Shown: positions 1 to 12,700 of the stretch, piece after piece | How the letters are laid out: each line of letters opens with the position of its first letter | Numbering within the stretch: position 1 is the first letter of the stretch | Assembly (NCBI GenBank): GCA_033765235.1 | Contig: JANRIG010000014.1 | Span: 12,896 to 76,895, forward strand | Direction: 5' to 3' | Origin: Cytophagales bacterium | GTDB taxonomy: Bacteria > Bacteroidota > Bacteroidia > Cytophagales > UBA9547 | Length of the DNA stretch: 64,000 nt | The notes under the pieces: generated by a model | What the model was told of the DNA's origin: nothing | The model's database searches: none | What the model saw: the letters and a program-made list of their open reading frames with translations, nothing else | Made by a program: the position numbers and the translations under genes

Positions 1-1250
1 TGTACAACCCTGCCGCAGACTCCACATGGCGCGTATTGTCAGGCGTGAGTGCCTACGGCACAGGTCAAAAATGCTACAGGTATAACAATTACGACAGTAC
101 CTACGACAAAACAGGTATAAAAAACGGTATTGTTTCACCAAAAATAGCCTTTGCATCGGGCAGCAACAGCTACCTCGAGTTTGACTATGCATATGCCAAA
201 TATCAAGACTATGCCGATACGCTGAGTATACTATATTCTACAGATTGTGGCAAAACCTTCAAAACATTTTGGAAACGAGGGGGCGATAATTTGGCCACAG
301 GCACTCCAAAATCTACCCAATTTTTGCCCACCAATACCGAGTGGCGCAAAGAGCAAATATCATTACAGTTTCTCAACGGGCAACCCTCTGTACATCTTAT
401 GTTTCAAAATATATCAGGTTGGGGAAATGCAATATATTTGGATAATATCAATATACACACCCCCATTCGTACAGCACCTCCCGTGGCCGATTTTTATGCA
501 GCTCCTACTACAGTTTGTCAAGGCCAAAGTGTGACATTTGCAGACATATCTACCCAATACCCTACCGGCTGGAGTTGGAATATTACCGAAAAAAACAACG
601 GTGCTACCCCTATCACCTCCACACAGCAATATTTGCTCATCATATTCAATATTTCAGGCACCTACCACGTGAGCCTTACTACCCAAAATGCTTTAGGTAC
701 AAGCTCTGCCTTGACCAAAAATAACTATATAAAAGTAAATACCCCGCCCCAAGTAAGCATTTTGACATCTACTACCTTGCTCGGTACATGCAACCCTGCA
801 ACCGTACTCACTGCCACAGGAGCGCAGCACTACAAATGGTACGACTACAAAGGCACCCAAGTGGTAGGCAATCAGGCTACACTAGCCATAAACCCCTCAC
901 TGTCTGCAATATATACTGTGTATGGCACCGATGCTAACGGATGTGTAAACAGTGCATTTGTAGAAATAGAAGTGCAAGATACTTGTCTTACTTCATTAAA
1001 CAATAATATTAATAATACCTCATGGATACTATATCCAAATCCTGCTGAAGACTTATTGTATATATATAATACCAGAGGCTACTATACAAAAACTACATTA
1101 CATATATATGATGTGTATGGCAAAATGGTGATGAACAAGGCAATTGACAATAGTATAATGATAGATTTATCCAAAATTTCGCAAGGCATATATTTTGTGC
1201 ATATTGAGGCACCACAAGGTATAAATAATATAAAGTTTATAAAGCAATGA
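1..1250 (+). CDS. Secreted T9SS cargo protein, 5'-truncated by the window edge (PKD-like domain plus type A T9SS C-terminal sorting domain)
   Basis: The frame is open from base 3 with no upstream stop, so the TTG at 36 is probably not the true start. There is a PKD-like segment (VADFYAAPTTVCQGQSVTFADIS...GTYHVSLTTQNALGTSS). The C-terminal tail (WILYPNPAEDLLYIY...GIYFVHIEAPQGINNIKFIKQ) fits the Bacteroidota Por/T9SS type A CTD pattern. Confidence 0.75.
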   Translation, partial: YNPAADSTWRVLSGVSAYGTGQKCYRYNNYDSTYDKTGIKNGIVSPKIAFASGSNSYLEFDYAYAKYQDYADTLSILYSTDCGKTFKTFWKRGGDNLATGTPKSTQFLPTNTEWRKEQISLQFLNGQPSVHLMFQNISGWGNAIYLDNINIHTPIRTAPPVADFYAAPTTVCQGQSVTFADISTQYPTGWSWNITEKNNGATPITSTQQYLLIIFNISGTYHVSLTTQNALGTSSALTKNNYIKVNTPPQVSILTSTTLLGTCNPATVLTATGAQHYKWYDYKGTQVVGNQATLAINPSLSAIYTVYGTDANGCVNSAFVEIEVQDTCLTSLNNNINNTSWILYPNPAEDLLYIYNTRGYYTKTTLHIYDVYGKMVMNKAIDNSIMIDLSKISQGIYFVHIEAPQGINNIKFIKQ

Positions 1251-1328
1251 TCAATGCGTGGGCTATGACACTTTAATAACATATTGAATGTAATAATAAT
1301 CAAATGAAAATAATGTGCCCTTTGAGTA

Positions 1329-2417
1329 TCAATTCCTCTTTATCAGGTCATACTCAAAGTCCGGGCAAGGCAACCTTCTGAACTTGGGTGCCCTACGTGT
1401 ACGAAATACATACGACAAATTTATCTCATGCACACCTCCGGTGCCAATACCCTGTGTAGATACCGTAAGGTCATAGGCATAGCCAAATCCTATACCCATG
1501 AGGCTGCCACCTACCAAAAATACAACAGACTCATTATTAGGATAGTATCTGCCTCCGGAGCCGTCAGCTGTGCTGGAGCGGGTAGCTTTTATAGGTATGC
1601 CTCGGTACCATACACCTGCCAGCATCCACTTATAAGTCCAGTATATGCCTAAGTCTATTTGGTCGTTCTGAAAGTTAAAATAACTGTCGGTGCCTCCTTG
1701 CGTTTTCCATGTAGCAGTAGGTATTATACTCATCATGATAGGATTATCCGAGTGCTTACCGTCTGCATCAGGGTGTAATAATATCGGGATTTTATATCCT
1801 CCGGTTAATGTTATTTTCACTGGCCATACTTCTTTAGTTAATGGGGTAAATTTAATATCAGGTTTGTTAAGATGGTGCATTGAAAACGAAGCCCAAAGTC
1901 TGCGTGTAAAAAACAAAGCTCCAAAGCTTATATCAGGGGCTATATTGCTGCCTGCAAAGCCCCCGCTCGATACAGGTTCTCGATCATTTACAAGGTCTGC
2001 CGGTAATACTCCTGCGCCCAGCCCACTACTGATAAAGCCTCCCTGCAAGCCAAATCGCAGTGTGTATGCATTGGTAAGCCTCACCTCATAGGCATAGGCT
2101 ACGTTAAAATGGGTAGAGGTAATACTGCTGCCACTCGAGCCTTGATAATCTTGTATTACAGATGCACCCAGCCCACTTTTGTATTTCATGAAATAGGTGT
2201 CAAATGATGCAAAATAAGTGTAATACTTAGCAGGTTGCAAATACCACTGCCACCGAGCATGTAGCATAAAGCGGTTGGCATGGCGGCTGCCTGCAAAGGC
2301 AGGATTTATATACATGGGCACTGCATAAAACATAGAAAATTGTATGTCTTGAGCATAGCTTATGGCAGCGTGTAAGGTAAAAAATAATACTAATAATGCC
2401 TTTGTGATTTTATTCAT
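1329..2417 (-). CDS. PorP/SprF family T9SS outer-membrane protein (paralog 1)
   Basis: It has a signal peptide followed by the family hallmark N-terminus QDIQFSMFYAVPMYINPAFAG. The remainder is rich in alternating aromatic/Gly residues, like a beta-barrel. The ATG at 2417 is preferred over the adjacent TTG at 2420. Confidence 0.8.
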   Translation of the reverse strand: MNKITKALLVLFFTLHAAISYAQDIQFSMFYAVPMYINPAFAGSRHANRFMLHARWQWYLQPAKYYTYFASFDTYFMKYKSGLGASVIQDYQGSSGSSITSTHFNVAYAYEVRLTNAYTLRFGLQGGFISSGLGAGVLPADLVNDREPVSSGGFAGSNIAPDISFGALFFTRRLWASFSMHHLNKPDIKFTPLTKEVWPVKITLTGGYKIPILLHPDADGKHSDNPIMMSIIPTATWKTQGGTDSYFNFQNDQIDLGIYWTYKWMLAGVWYRGIPIKATRSSTADGSGGRYYPNNESVVFLVGGSLMGIGFGYAYDLTVSTQGIGTGGVHEINLSYVFRTRRAPKFRRLPCPDFEYDLIKRN

Positions 2418-2477
2418 CAATACCGTTATACATTAAAGCAATAAAGTAAGTACATATTTTTTCAATATCCAAATATG

Positions 2478-3536
2478 CTACATGAGCGGGGTATGGAATT
2501 TTGAAGATTTTTTGGTTTTCTTGCTAAAATGTACCGTTGTTTTAAATGATATTTCGTAGGTGCTTGCAGTGCCAAAACCGCTCTTACTGAGGGCAGATGT
2601 GCCAAAGTCATAGCTAAGACCAAGGTTAAAATGTTTATTCCCAAAACCTAATAAAAAAACCAGTCCATCGTTAAACCTGTATGAGCTGCCAATGGCAATT
2701 TTGGTAGGTCGCAAATATTCCTCATGGTCAGTAAATAAATAGGTAAAATTGCCCCCTGCCATCAGCATATTGTCCGATGCCTGCAATACATATATATAGT
2801 TGGGCGAAAAATTTAAGTTTTTGGCTACATGTATCTCTATGCCTCCGTGAAACTTTAGCAGAATAGGTGCACGCACAGTCACCCCCTGCACATAAGACTC
2901 ATTGGGTCTGGTAAGGTGCGAGGCAGCAAATCCAAAATAGGCACTGATACCCGGCTGGTAAATATTACGCCCTGCATTATAGTAATATAGCAACCCGGCT
3001 CCTACCTCAGGGTGAAATTTTGAAGGTATGTTTTGATAATTGGCATCATTATTATTGGTGCTGTTCTGTGTGCCGGTACTTGCATCATAGCTGCTGCCCC
3101 ATATGTAATTTTGTGAATTTCCTTGCATCTGTATCCCGCCAAGTTGTATGCCAAAAGTAATATTTTGTGCTGTGGTGGCTGCTATGTGCAGATTGTAGGC
3201 AGCATTTATGCTAAACCACAATAAGTTTATGCCGCCCCCCATATTAGAATTGAGGATATTGGCACCAAAGCCTCCTTTATGATAATTTTTCTCTCCCTTA
3301 TCGTGATATGGCACTATTACTGCAAATTGTGATGAGGTGTATGGATTTATGCCTACCCATTGCGAGCGGTGTATACCACTAAAGGCTACTTTGTGCTCCA
3401 GCCCGCTTAGTGCAGGATTAAGATAAATAGATGAAGCATAAAATTGCGAAAATATAGGCTCTTTCTGTGCAAATACTGAAAAATATTGGCCTAAAAATAT
3501 GAATATTAATACGAAATATTGTCGAAAACGTTCCAA
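2478..3536 (-). CDS. PorP/SprF family T9SS outer-membrane protein (paralog 2)
   Basis: It has a signal peptide followed by PIFSQFYASSIYLNPALSG, the same hallmark as paralog 1. The composition is beta-barrel-like. The only in-frame start before the signal peptide is the TTG at 3536. Confidence 0.8.
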   Translation of the reverse strand: MERFRQYFVLIFIFLGQYFSVFAQKEPIFSQFYASSIYLNPALSGLEHKVAFSGIHRSQWVGINPYTSSQFAVIVPYHDKGEKNYHKGGFGANILNSNMGGGINLLWFSINAAYNLHIAATTAQNITFGIQLGGIQMQGNSQNYIWGSSYDASTGTQNSTNNNDANYQNIPSKFHPEVGAGLLYYYNAGRNIYQPGISAYFGFAASHLTRPNESYVQGVTVRAPILLKFHGGIEIHVAKNLNFSPNYIYVLQASDNMLMAGGNFTYLFTDHEEYLRPTKIAIGSSYRFNDGLVFLLGFGNKHFNLGLSYDFGTSALSKSGFGTASTYEISFKTTVHFSKKTKKSSKFHTPLM

Positions 3537-3563
3537 CGCTTTATTCAGAATTACTTACTTTCG

Positions 3564-3571
3564 CAAAAATA
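3564..3571 (-). promoter_or_regulatory. Candidate Bacteroidota -7 promoter box (TATTTTTG) for PorP/SprF paralog 2
   Basis: The minus strand reads TATTTTTG, an exact match to the TAnnTTTG consensus, 28 bp upstream of the start codon at 3536. Confidence 0.35.
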
Positions 3572-3729
3572 GTTAAATATTTATGATTTCAACACATTGG
3601 TAGTTACTTTCGTATATATAGTTGTATATATCTTTAATTTTACATTATGATACGTGCAGATTTTAATATTCTCTTTTTTTATATTAATATTGAAATCAGA
3701 TTTATTTTCAAGAAACTAACAATTGCTTT

Positions 3730-6700
3730 ATGTTAAAAAAGCTATACATATTTATTGCCATCACACTATCGTTATTAACGGTTACTCATACATATGCCAC
3801 CCACGTGGTAGGGGGTGTATTGGAGTATGTGCGCATAGGCCCGGGAAGTTTGCCCAACTCGTCCCGATACAAAGTAGTGCTCAAATTGTGGCGCGATGCT
3901 GCAGGTAATCCTTGGTTTCCTCCCAGTGCCCTCATAGAAGTACGTGGCGATACACTACCTATCAACCCACTCACAGCTACATTGCCGGGCGGTAGTTTTG
4001 ATCCATACGTTACTACTTATCCCGGTGGTACTACCTATCCCTATGGCGGTATCAATAGGATGGTAAGTGGCACTAACAGCAATGCTCCACAGTTCAAGCG
4101 CGATTTTACCATTACTTGGGGTGGTGCTCAGGCAGCATTAGATACATTTATGATACGTAGTGGAGCTCTAAGTGCTACAGCACAAAACGGCAACACAAGA
4201 CTTTTCCCTTCTACTAATGTACCCTCTTATGAAAACCCATCGTGGAACCGCGCTCTTAAGACATATCCTACCGTACAGTATAATCGTGATGGATATGGTT
4301 TTGTAAAAGGAGTTTTTAATACGGTATCAGGGGAAGTACTATCTGCCAATGGAGATAGAACCAACTTTACAGATGCTTGTGTTGGAGGCAGACTATGCGT
4401 TGAGCAATATGTAAACACTTGTACATTTGCACCCAAAGTAGCCATACAATGGGCTGAGTATATCAGAGTTGTAGATTTGCCCAATATCCCCGGAGGCTAT
4501 CATATGACCTTTAGGCTGTGTTGCCGCAACAATGCACTCCAAAACCTTAATAACCCGGGCAGCACCAGCTACGCAGTATACGCACGCATACCCGATGTAG
4601 CCAGATTAGACAATGCTACCAACACATGGCAACAACTCTATACCACTCTTGGGATCAATATAAATACTACTTTAGGGTTTAACAACAATACTACCACAGG
4701 GGTGAGTATTGTAAGCGGTAGCTCAGTCACTATGGGCAACTATACTTCACCGGGCACCGGTAAGTCGCTTGTGCAAATGGTGCGCAACTCAAGCCCTCGC
4801 TTTAGGTCAGTGCCACCACTGTTTGTTTGCAGTTATAACCAATTTATAGAAGATGTACTGGGCGTGCAGCAAAACCCTGCTTATGACCATGGTGCCAATG
4901 ACCTTGATGCTGACTCAGTACAATATGAAGTAGTCAATGCCTATGATGAGCAAGGTCCATTCACAGATACTTGGGGAGGTCTTCCGGCAACTAATATTAA
5001 TGGAACTTTATTCTCAGGCAATATGAGGCTCTTTGCCACTACATTACCGGGCTTCCCATACCCCGACAATGTGAATTTGGCCACTTACAGGTATGCACAA
5101 TACAGATCGCCATATACTCCCACAAACCCACTTAGCAATAGTGCCTCTTGGCAAGGCATCATACTCAATACATCCACAGGTACAATGCAAATAAGACCTC
5201 AGGTAAATGTACAAGGATTGTATGTGGTAGCCATAAGAGCGCGTGAGTTTAGAAAAATGAACGACGGAACTCTCCGTTTTTTGGGTGAAGTCACCCGCGA
5301 CTATCAGTTCAGAGTACTCAATTGTCCGGCACCTGCCATAGCAGCCATAGGCAATTCGGACCAATGTAATGGCACTAATACTGTAAATTTAGTCAATAAT
5401 AATATCAATGGTATATCCAACTTCTATTGGGATACCGGCAGAGACCGCTATACCAATACATTAGCAGGGGTCAACAACCTTAGAAGGCGCACTGATAATA
5501 CAGTTAATGATTTTCCATTAGCTGCCAATACTACTACTGCTACGTTGCCCAGTTTCAACTTTCAAAATCCGGGTACCTATTATGTGAAGTTAGTCATACA
5601 GCGTGGCACCAAATGTGCTGACTCAGTGTATCGCCCCGTAAATGTAACCAGTGTGCGTGCAGGTTGGGGACAAAACCCAAGTGGACAAGTCTGTGTGAAT
5701 AATGGAGTACTATTTGACCCATTCATGAGTAGCTCAGTAGTGGGTATTACTACTGTGTCAGGCTCCAGCACATGGACAAATCCTGCTACCAACCCTATAC
5801 CTACAAGGCGCGTATCAGTCACAGGGGTAGGGTTTGTTAATAAAATGTTCAAATGGATGAAGCCCAATGGCTCACTACCTGTGGAAGGTGATACAATGCA
5901 GATAAATAACTATCCGCTTCCTCAACCGGCCCGTGTACAGCGAGTAGTATGGAACTTTGGTGATAATGTTCAACAAATATTCTCATTTTCAGGCAGTTCA
6001 TTGCAGCCTTTTGGATGCATAGTGGGTGCTACCTCTACACTGGGTTTAGGTATAGTTTGTGCCAATACCACTGTGGTGGCATTCAACCCCGCCCATGTGG
6101 CAAGTGTGCCGGGCGTAAGACATGCTTATACCTCATCAGGCAGTTATGTAGGATCTATGACCGTGTGGAACCAATTTGGTTGTCAAAGTTCGCTCACCCG
6201 CAGTGTGGTAGTTATTCAAAATCGTCCTTCTGCCACGGCTTTGGGAGGTCCGGTGTGTCTTAATAATCCGCTTATTACCATACCCGGTACAGTAAGTTCA
6301 GCGGTAGGTGGTATATGGTCACAAACTCCCCTTACCGGAACATTTTTAAGCCCTATATCAGCAGTGGGACCCAATTTGTCTATGATTTATAGGCTAAACA
6401 CCACCGTTTCGCCCAATCTTACCGTAAACTTGGCACTATCTACCTATGGCAACGGTGCTTGCCCTACGGGCGTGATATCAAATGTAGGTATAGGTGTATT
6501 AGCAGCACCTGCAGTAGATGCAGGTAACAATGCCACCATTTGTCGAAACAATAGAAACTATAGAGTCACAGGCTCTATCACAGGTCTTACCAATACAGGA
6601 TTTTGGCGCACCAAAGGTACAGGTACATTTGAAAACGGGCTTACCACCATATCCACAAGTCACTTAAATGCACATACATATACGCTTTCCTTAGCAGATA

Positions 6701-9700
6701 GTACTGCCGGTAGTGTACAATTGGTATTACAAAGTACTAATAATAATGTGTGTACAGCAGTGAAAGACAGTATCACGCTTACCCTAGGCCCAACTAGTTC
6801 CATCCCTACTGTAAATGTAGGTCCTGACAGGCAAGTAGGATCCAATAATACAATACTTACAGTGACAGGGGTCACCTACACCAATTCTCCCGGCATTCAG
6901 TGGCAAGCTATTCCGGCTACGGGAGGCACATTCACCCCCATAGGAACCACTACCTCTACTACCATGGTATATGTGCCTTCAGCAGCAGACATCATAAGTA
7001 CTACTGTTACACTAAGAGCCATGACTACCATCATTACTACCAACGGCAGTTGCTTAAATGTATTTGACGATTTAAAGTTGACTATACTGCCATGTCCGGT
7101 AGTTACCATAAGAGTCACAAACCCTACACCATGTACTAACAAAGCTATAGTGACAGTCACTGGCACATTTACGGGCGCAGGGGGTGCAGTATGGTCGGGT
7201 GGTTTAGGTACTTATTTGCCTAGTGCAATATCTCCCAACCTTGAAACTATAGCTGTAGGTGTTCAAAAAACTACATTAATATATCTGCCTACCCAAGCAG
7301 AGATAGATGCACTTATCCAAAATCTTACGCTTACCACCACCATCAATGGGCTGTGCAATCCTGTGTCTGCAGTATCAGAAAATATTGTTTATCAACCTGC
7401 CCCCATATTAAGCATAGTAGGAGCACCATCTATAAGTCTTTGTAAAAATAATTCTAACGTAAGTTTAGATTTTAACGGGTACAAAAAACTTTTGGGTACA
7501 CTTATTCCTATCAATTTCCCCGATGCCAACATCACCTTAGATTGGTCATCTACCGGAAGAACATCGTCTCTGTCTCCTGTCAATGGTAAACCTACTACAT
7601 ATACCGCAGGTACAGATACCTCATTGGGTGCTGTAAGAATATTCCTCACTGCTACTCAAACCAACTGCTTGCCGGTATATGATACATTGAATGTATCATT
7701 CAACAATAATCCATCACTATCCGCAGGACCTAGCCAAACCGTGTGCGACAATAACTTAGTGGTATCACTCTCAGGCTCAGTAACTGCACCCGCTACAGGA
7801 GGCAGATGGCGCACGAGCGGTACAGGTATATTTCAGTCTACAGGCACCAACGAATCTACACTACTCAACGATATTTACATACCCAATGCAGCCAATGGTA
7901 CTGTTACCCTCACATTATCAACCACAGGTGCAAGCATAGGCAATGGAGTAGGGCAGTGCAGGGTGCAAACTACATTCATGAACGTATCTATCTCTCCTGC
8001 CCCCAATGTAAGATTTGCTACAGTACCCACCATATGCGAGAATGTGGCATCTACTGCCGGCATATCTCTATCTGCCACTATATCAGGCAGTAATGTCACT
8101 TCATCTACCCAAGGTACTTGGGTTAGCGGTGCGGGTACTTACAGCCCGGGCAATTCAAACTTTGTGATAAGCCCCGACCCCATCAATGGCGGGCTTATGT
8201 CTGCCAGCAGCATTATATATACGCCTAGCACTTCAGAGCTCTCTGCTAAGACATTTGCTCTCAATGTCACTGCCTCAGGATTAGGAAATTGTATTTCTGT
8301 TAATAATACTTTAGTAGTAACTATTGCAGGCAAACCTTTGGCCAAAATACTCACTACCAACGGACCTGTGTGTGCCAATAATGCAACCATAAATCTTACT
8401 GCCACTATATCAGGTGCTACCGGTCAAGTATGGTCAGGTCCTGTAAACTCTGTAACGGGCGGGTTAAGCGCAAGCTATACACCCAATACAACTGAAATAA
8501 ATAGTGGACGTGTAGTGTTTAGATTACAAACTTTGGGTGAATTAAATAACTGTAATCCCGAGTTTGATGTAGCCACTGTGAATATAAACCTTGCTCCGGT
8601 GGTAGGTACCGGTGGAAACATCATAGCATGTATTAATGATAATGTGATTACTATCACCGGCAATATATCATCACCAGCCACATCAGGACTTTGGACTACC
8701 AGCGGCAGTGGTTTTTTTGGTGCCTCAGGCAGCAGTAGCACGCTCTCACTGCCTGTCACAGATATGACCTCTGTATATCGTCCTTCTGCTTTAGATAAAT
8801 CTTCTGCATTGCCCATAAAACTTACCCTTACCTCGCAAGGCAATGGCAATTGTAATCCTGTGTTTGATATCATGAATCTATCATTTGCACAAACTACTAC
8901 TGCCAATGCAGGCTCAGGATACACTATATGTGTGAATGACTTTCCAATAAACCTAAATGCCTCAGGGTCTGCAGGCTCATGGCAAACAGCCCCCGGCACA
9001 TTTGGCTCATCAGGCACAAGTACCAGCACGCAGCTGGTTGACACATTTACCCCTAATTCTACACTTCCGGGGATAGTATCACTTACTTGGCGCACCAACT
9101 CTACCAATCAGTGCCCTGCTGTACAATCTACTGTCACATTCACTGTACTATCTGCACCTACAGTGAATACAGGAGGTAATATTACCGTGTGCGGTACCAA
9201 TAGGAATGTGCCATTGGCAGGTATATCATCCAGTGGGTCAGGCACTTGGGCGTCAGGAGGTTTTGGCAACTTTACTTCCACAGGTGCATCATTCAGCACA
9301 GGACTCAATGATGTGTATGTATTGCATAACAATGATATACTTGCAGGGCAGGTAGTACTCACCCTATCCAGCACCAATACCAACCCATGCTCGCAGGTGA
9401 GAGCTACCAAAATAATATTTATCACACCACCTATTTCATCAGATGCAGGGCCTGACCAACTCTTTTGTGTGACTCAAAACGTAATCACCGTCACAGGTGG
9501 TGTGCTGGCCAATGGCTCACCTGTATCAGTGCCTACAGGCTATTGGATGCGCCACACTACAGCTACAGGATTATTCGCTGCAGGCGTACAAACATTTATC
9601 GGTAATAACACTACTTACACTTTAGGACTCCTTGATATACAACAGGCTCCATTAGTATTAAGATTCAAAGCCAATTCCTTTGGAGCATGTACTGCTCCTG

Positions 9701-12700
9701 CCGAAGATACTGTGAAATATACTTTTCAAAGATCACCTTTCGGTTTCATACAATCTGTAAGCGGCGCAGTGTGCTCAGATACAGCTTATATAAGTATATT
9801 AGCCTCATTCACAGGTGCCGGTGGCATGGAATGGCTTACCACGGGCACAGGTACTTTCTTCCCAGACAGGTTCACAGCCAACGCTCGCTATGTGCCTACC
9901 GCAGCAGACGTGTCTAGAGGTTTTGTAGATTTCAGTATCAGGTTGTTGGGTAGCGGTGTATGTAATGGAGCTACTTTTGGATACACTACTGTAGGTATTT
10001 CGCCTAAGCCTTCTGTCAGTGCAGGCAGCGATGAAAATATTTGTTCTAACATAGGTACTGTGAATCTTACAGGGGCTAGAGTATTAAACACAGTAAATAA
10101 TACACCACCTACGGCTGTGCTGTGGTACACCTCCAACGTGAGCAGCCTCACAGGATTTAGCAGCAATACCAACTTTAGTTTCACAGGCTTTAGCACCAAC
10201 TCAGGAGCATCGCCCACTTATACATTGTCGTCCAATGACTTAACCAATGGCTCTGTCACATTATATATCAGTGTCACCGGTCCCGGAGCCTGCCGAGCAC
10301 AGACTGCACGCAAAATATTGACTATATATGATGCTCCAGTAGTGAGTGTAGGCTCAGCTTCAGAGACATATTGCGGCGATGTAGCTTCACTCACCATATC
10401 AGGCACTACTACTTATGGTACACCTATTTGGCAAATTCACCCTACCGCTACAGGCTTTGGCACTCTCACATCCATTGCAGGAGGCACCAAAGCAGCTTTT
10501 GTGCCGGTCACTACTTTGGGGGCAAGCATGCCATTGTCAGTAATATTCAACTTTGTGGTCACAACATCTACTTGTAACAATGTAATAGGAAGTAAAACCA
10601 TATTTCTCACTACCATACCCAATGTGAGCATTACAGGTGGGCTTACGTCTATATGTGGCGATGTGCTGGGTCAAGTCACAGGTCTCTCTGCCTTTAGCCG
10701 TACGGGAGCAGGATTGTGGTCTTCTACTGCACCCGGAGGATTTTTTGCAAACAATGCTGTGTTGAGCAGTGGTACTTTTGTGCCTGTACAATCGTTCAAA
10801 GATGCTAATCATGGCAGAACATTTTGGATTACATTTACCTCAGACAATAATGGTATATGCACCGCACGAAGAGACCATCGAGAGGTGCTCATACTCACAC
10901 CCCCAAGTATTACGGGTGCAGGACTCACCGATGAGACTTATTGTACAGACATTAACACCCTCACGCTGAGCAACATCACCATAACCAATGCTTCAGGATA
11001 TTTAATTTATTCGTCAGGCCAAGGATTGTTCACCGCTTCATCTGCCAATACATTAGCAGGTGCTACACCATTTACCAACCAAATATACACCCCTGCCACA
11101 GTAGAAAAATTTGCAGGTACTACCATATTCACCTTAAGTACTACAGGGGTAGGCTCGTGCGCAGCCATTTCCAAACAAAAAGCCATTACCTATGTGCGAG
11201 AGCCGGGTGTATTTGCAGGAGGCGACCAAACTATATGTGCTTCTACCTCCTCGTTCCAACTAAGTGCATCTGTATCCGGCTTTGCAGGCATCACTTGGAC
11301 TACCTCAGGCACAGGCAGCTTTGACAACATCAATATACTTGGACCGAGATATTTCTGGTCAAAACAAGACAGTATCAATGCAAGAAATGGTGTGTTAGTC
11401 ACCATTACAGCTACAGTAGTGGGCAACTCACTTTGCCAACCCAAAACAAGCAGATTAAGATTAAACATTACCCCAAGGCCGCTCATAACTGTCACCGGTC
11501 CTATAGAAGTATGTGCGGATACCTCAGGGTTTCCTGTAAGAGCAATACTTAGTTTATCAAATACAGGGGTAAATTGGGTAAATATATCAAGTACTGCTCC
11601 GGGTAGTTTCTTTGCCAATGCATTTAACACCACGGTTACTTATGTGCCTTCGCCCGATGATATATCGCGCAGGTCTGTGATATTATTAGCCTCTACTACG
11701 GGCAATGGCTCATGTACACCTGCAAGCAACACCATCACCATTAATATAAGACCTATACCAAGCATTACATTCACAGACTATGTGGTGTGCAAAGATGTGG
11801 GCAACTATATACCTCTGAGTTTCACGGGAGTTACGGGCAGTTATGTGAAACAGCCCATATCGCTGGGGCAGCATGATGTAAACAATGACTTAGTTACTTG
11901 GGCATCCAGTGGCAACGGCACCTTTATAGACAGTGCAGTAGTGCAAGTGAATGAGTTGTACTCCAGCAACTACCAAGTGACCCAAGAGGACAAAGATTTA
12001 GGTAAAATTACGCTTTTGGCAAAATTAAGAAGTTTTGACAACCTTTGTAAAGCAGTGCAATCGCGTATCAATGTCACCTTCATAGGTACACCAATTGTAA
12101 ATGCAGGAGTGGATAAATCATATTGCCGTACCGTAGGCACAGTACAGCTCTCAGGTAGCGTTACAGGACCTGAAACATATAAGTATTATTATAAATCACA
12201 TCTTGCATATCATGGAAGATATGCTTCGAGTAATATTATTGACAGTTCATTGATACAAAATGTATCTGTGAGTACAGTGCAAGAAAATTTTATATTAAAC
12301 AACGATGCATTTGGAGAACAAAAAATTATATTAGTAGCTTCTGCTTCAGGTATTTGCAAGGCTACATATACTGATACATTATCATTGAATATTAAGGCAC
12401 CAATAAATTTAACATTTTCGGGTACATCTTCTTCAATAATATGCTCAGATAGTACATACTTTGACATTGTATTGCATGATACTAAACCTTTAGGTTCCGG
12501 CGACTCATCCACAGCTCAATACCCAGGATATGGAGTTGCATGGAGTGCGCGCAATGCCTTAGGGGTAGATGCCTCGTTCAGTCAGTTCTCGCCGGGGGTA
12601 TTTGCTAAACGTAAACTTACTTATTTTCCTTCCACCTCTGATTATCAGTCGGGTGCAGTCACATTTACCTATACCACCTCAGGCAATGGTATATGCCCGG

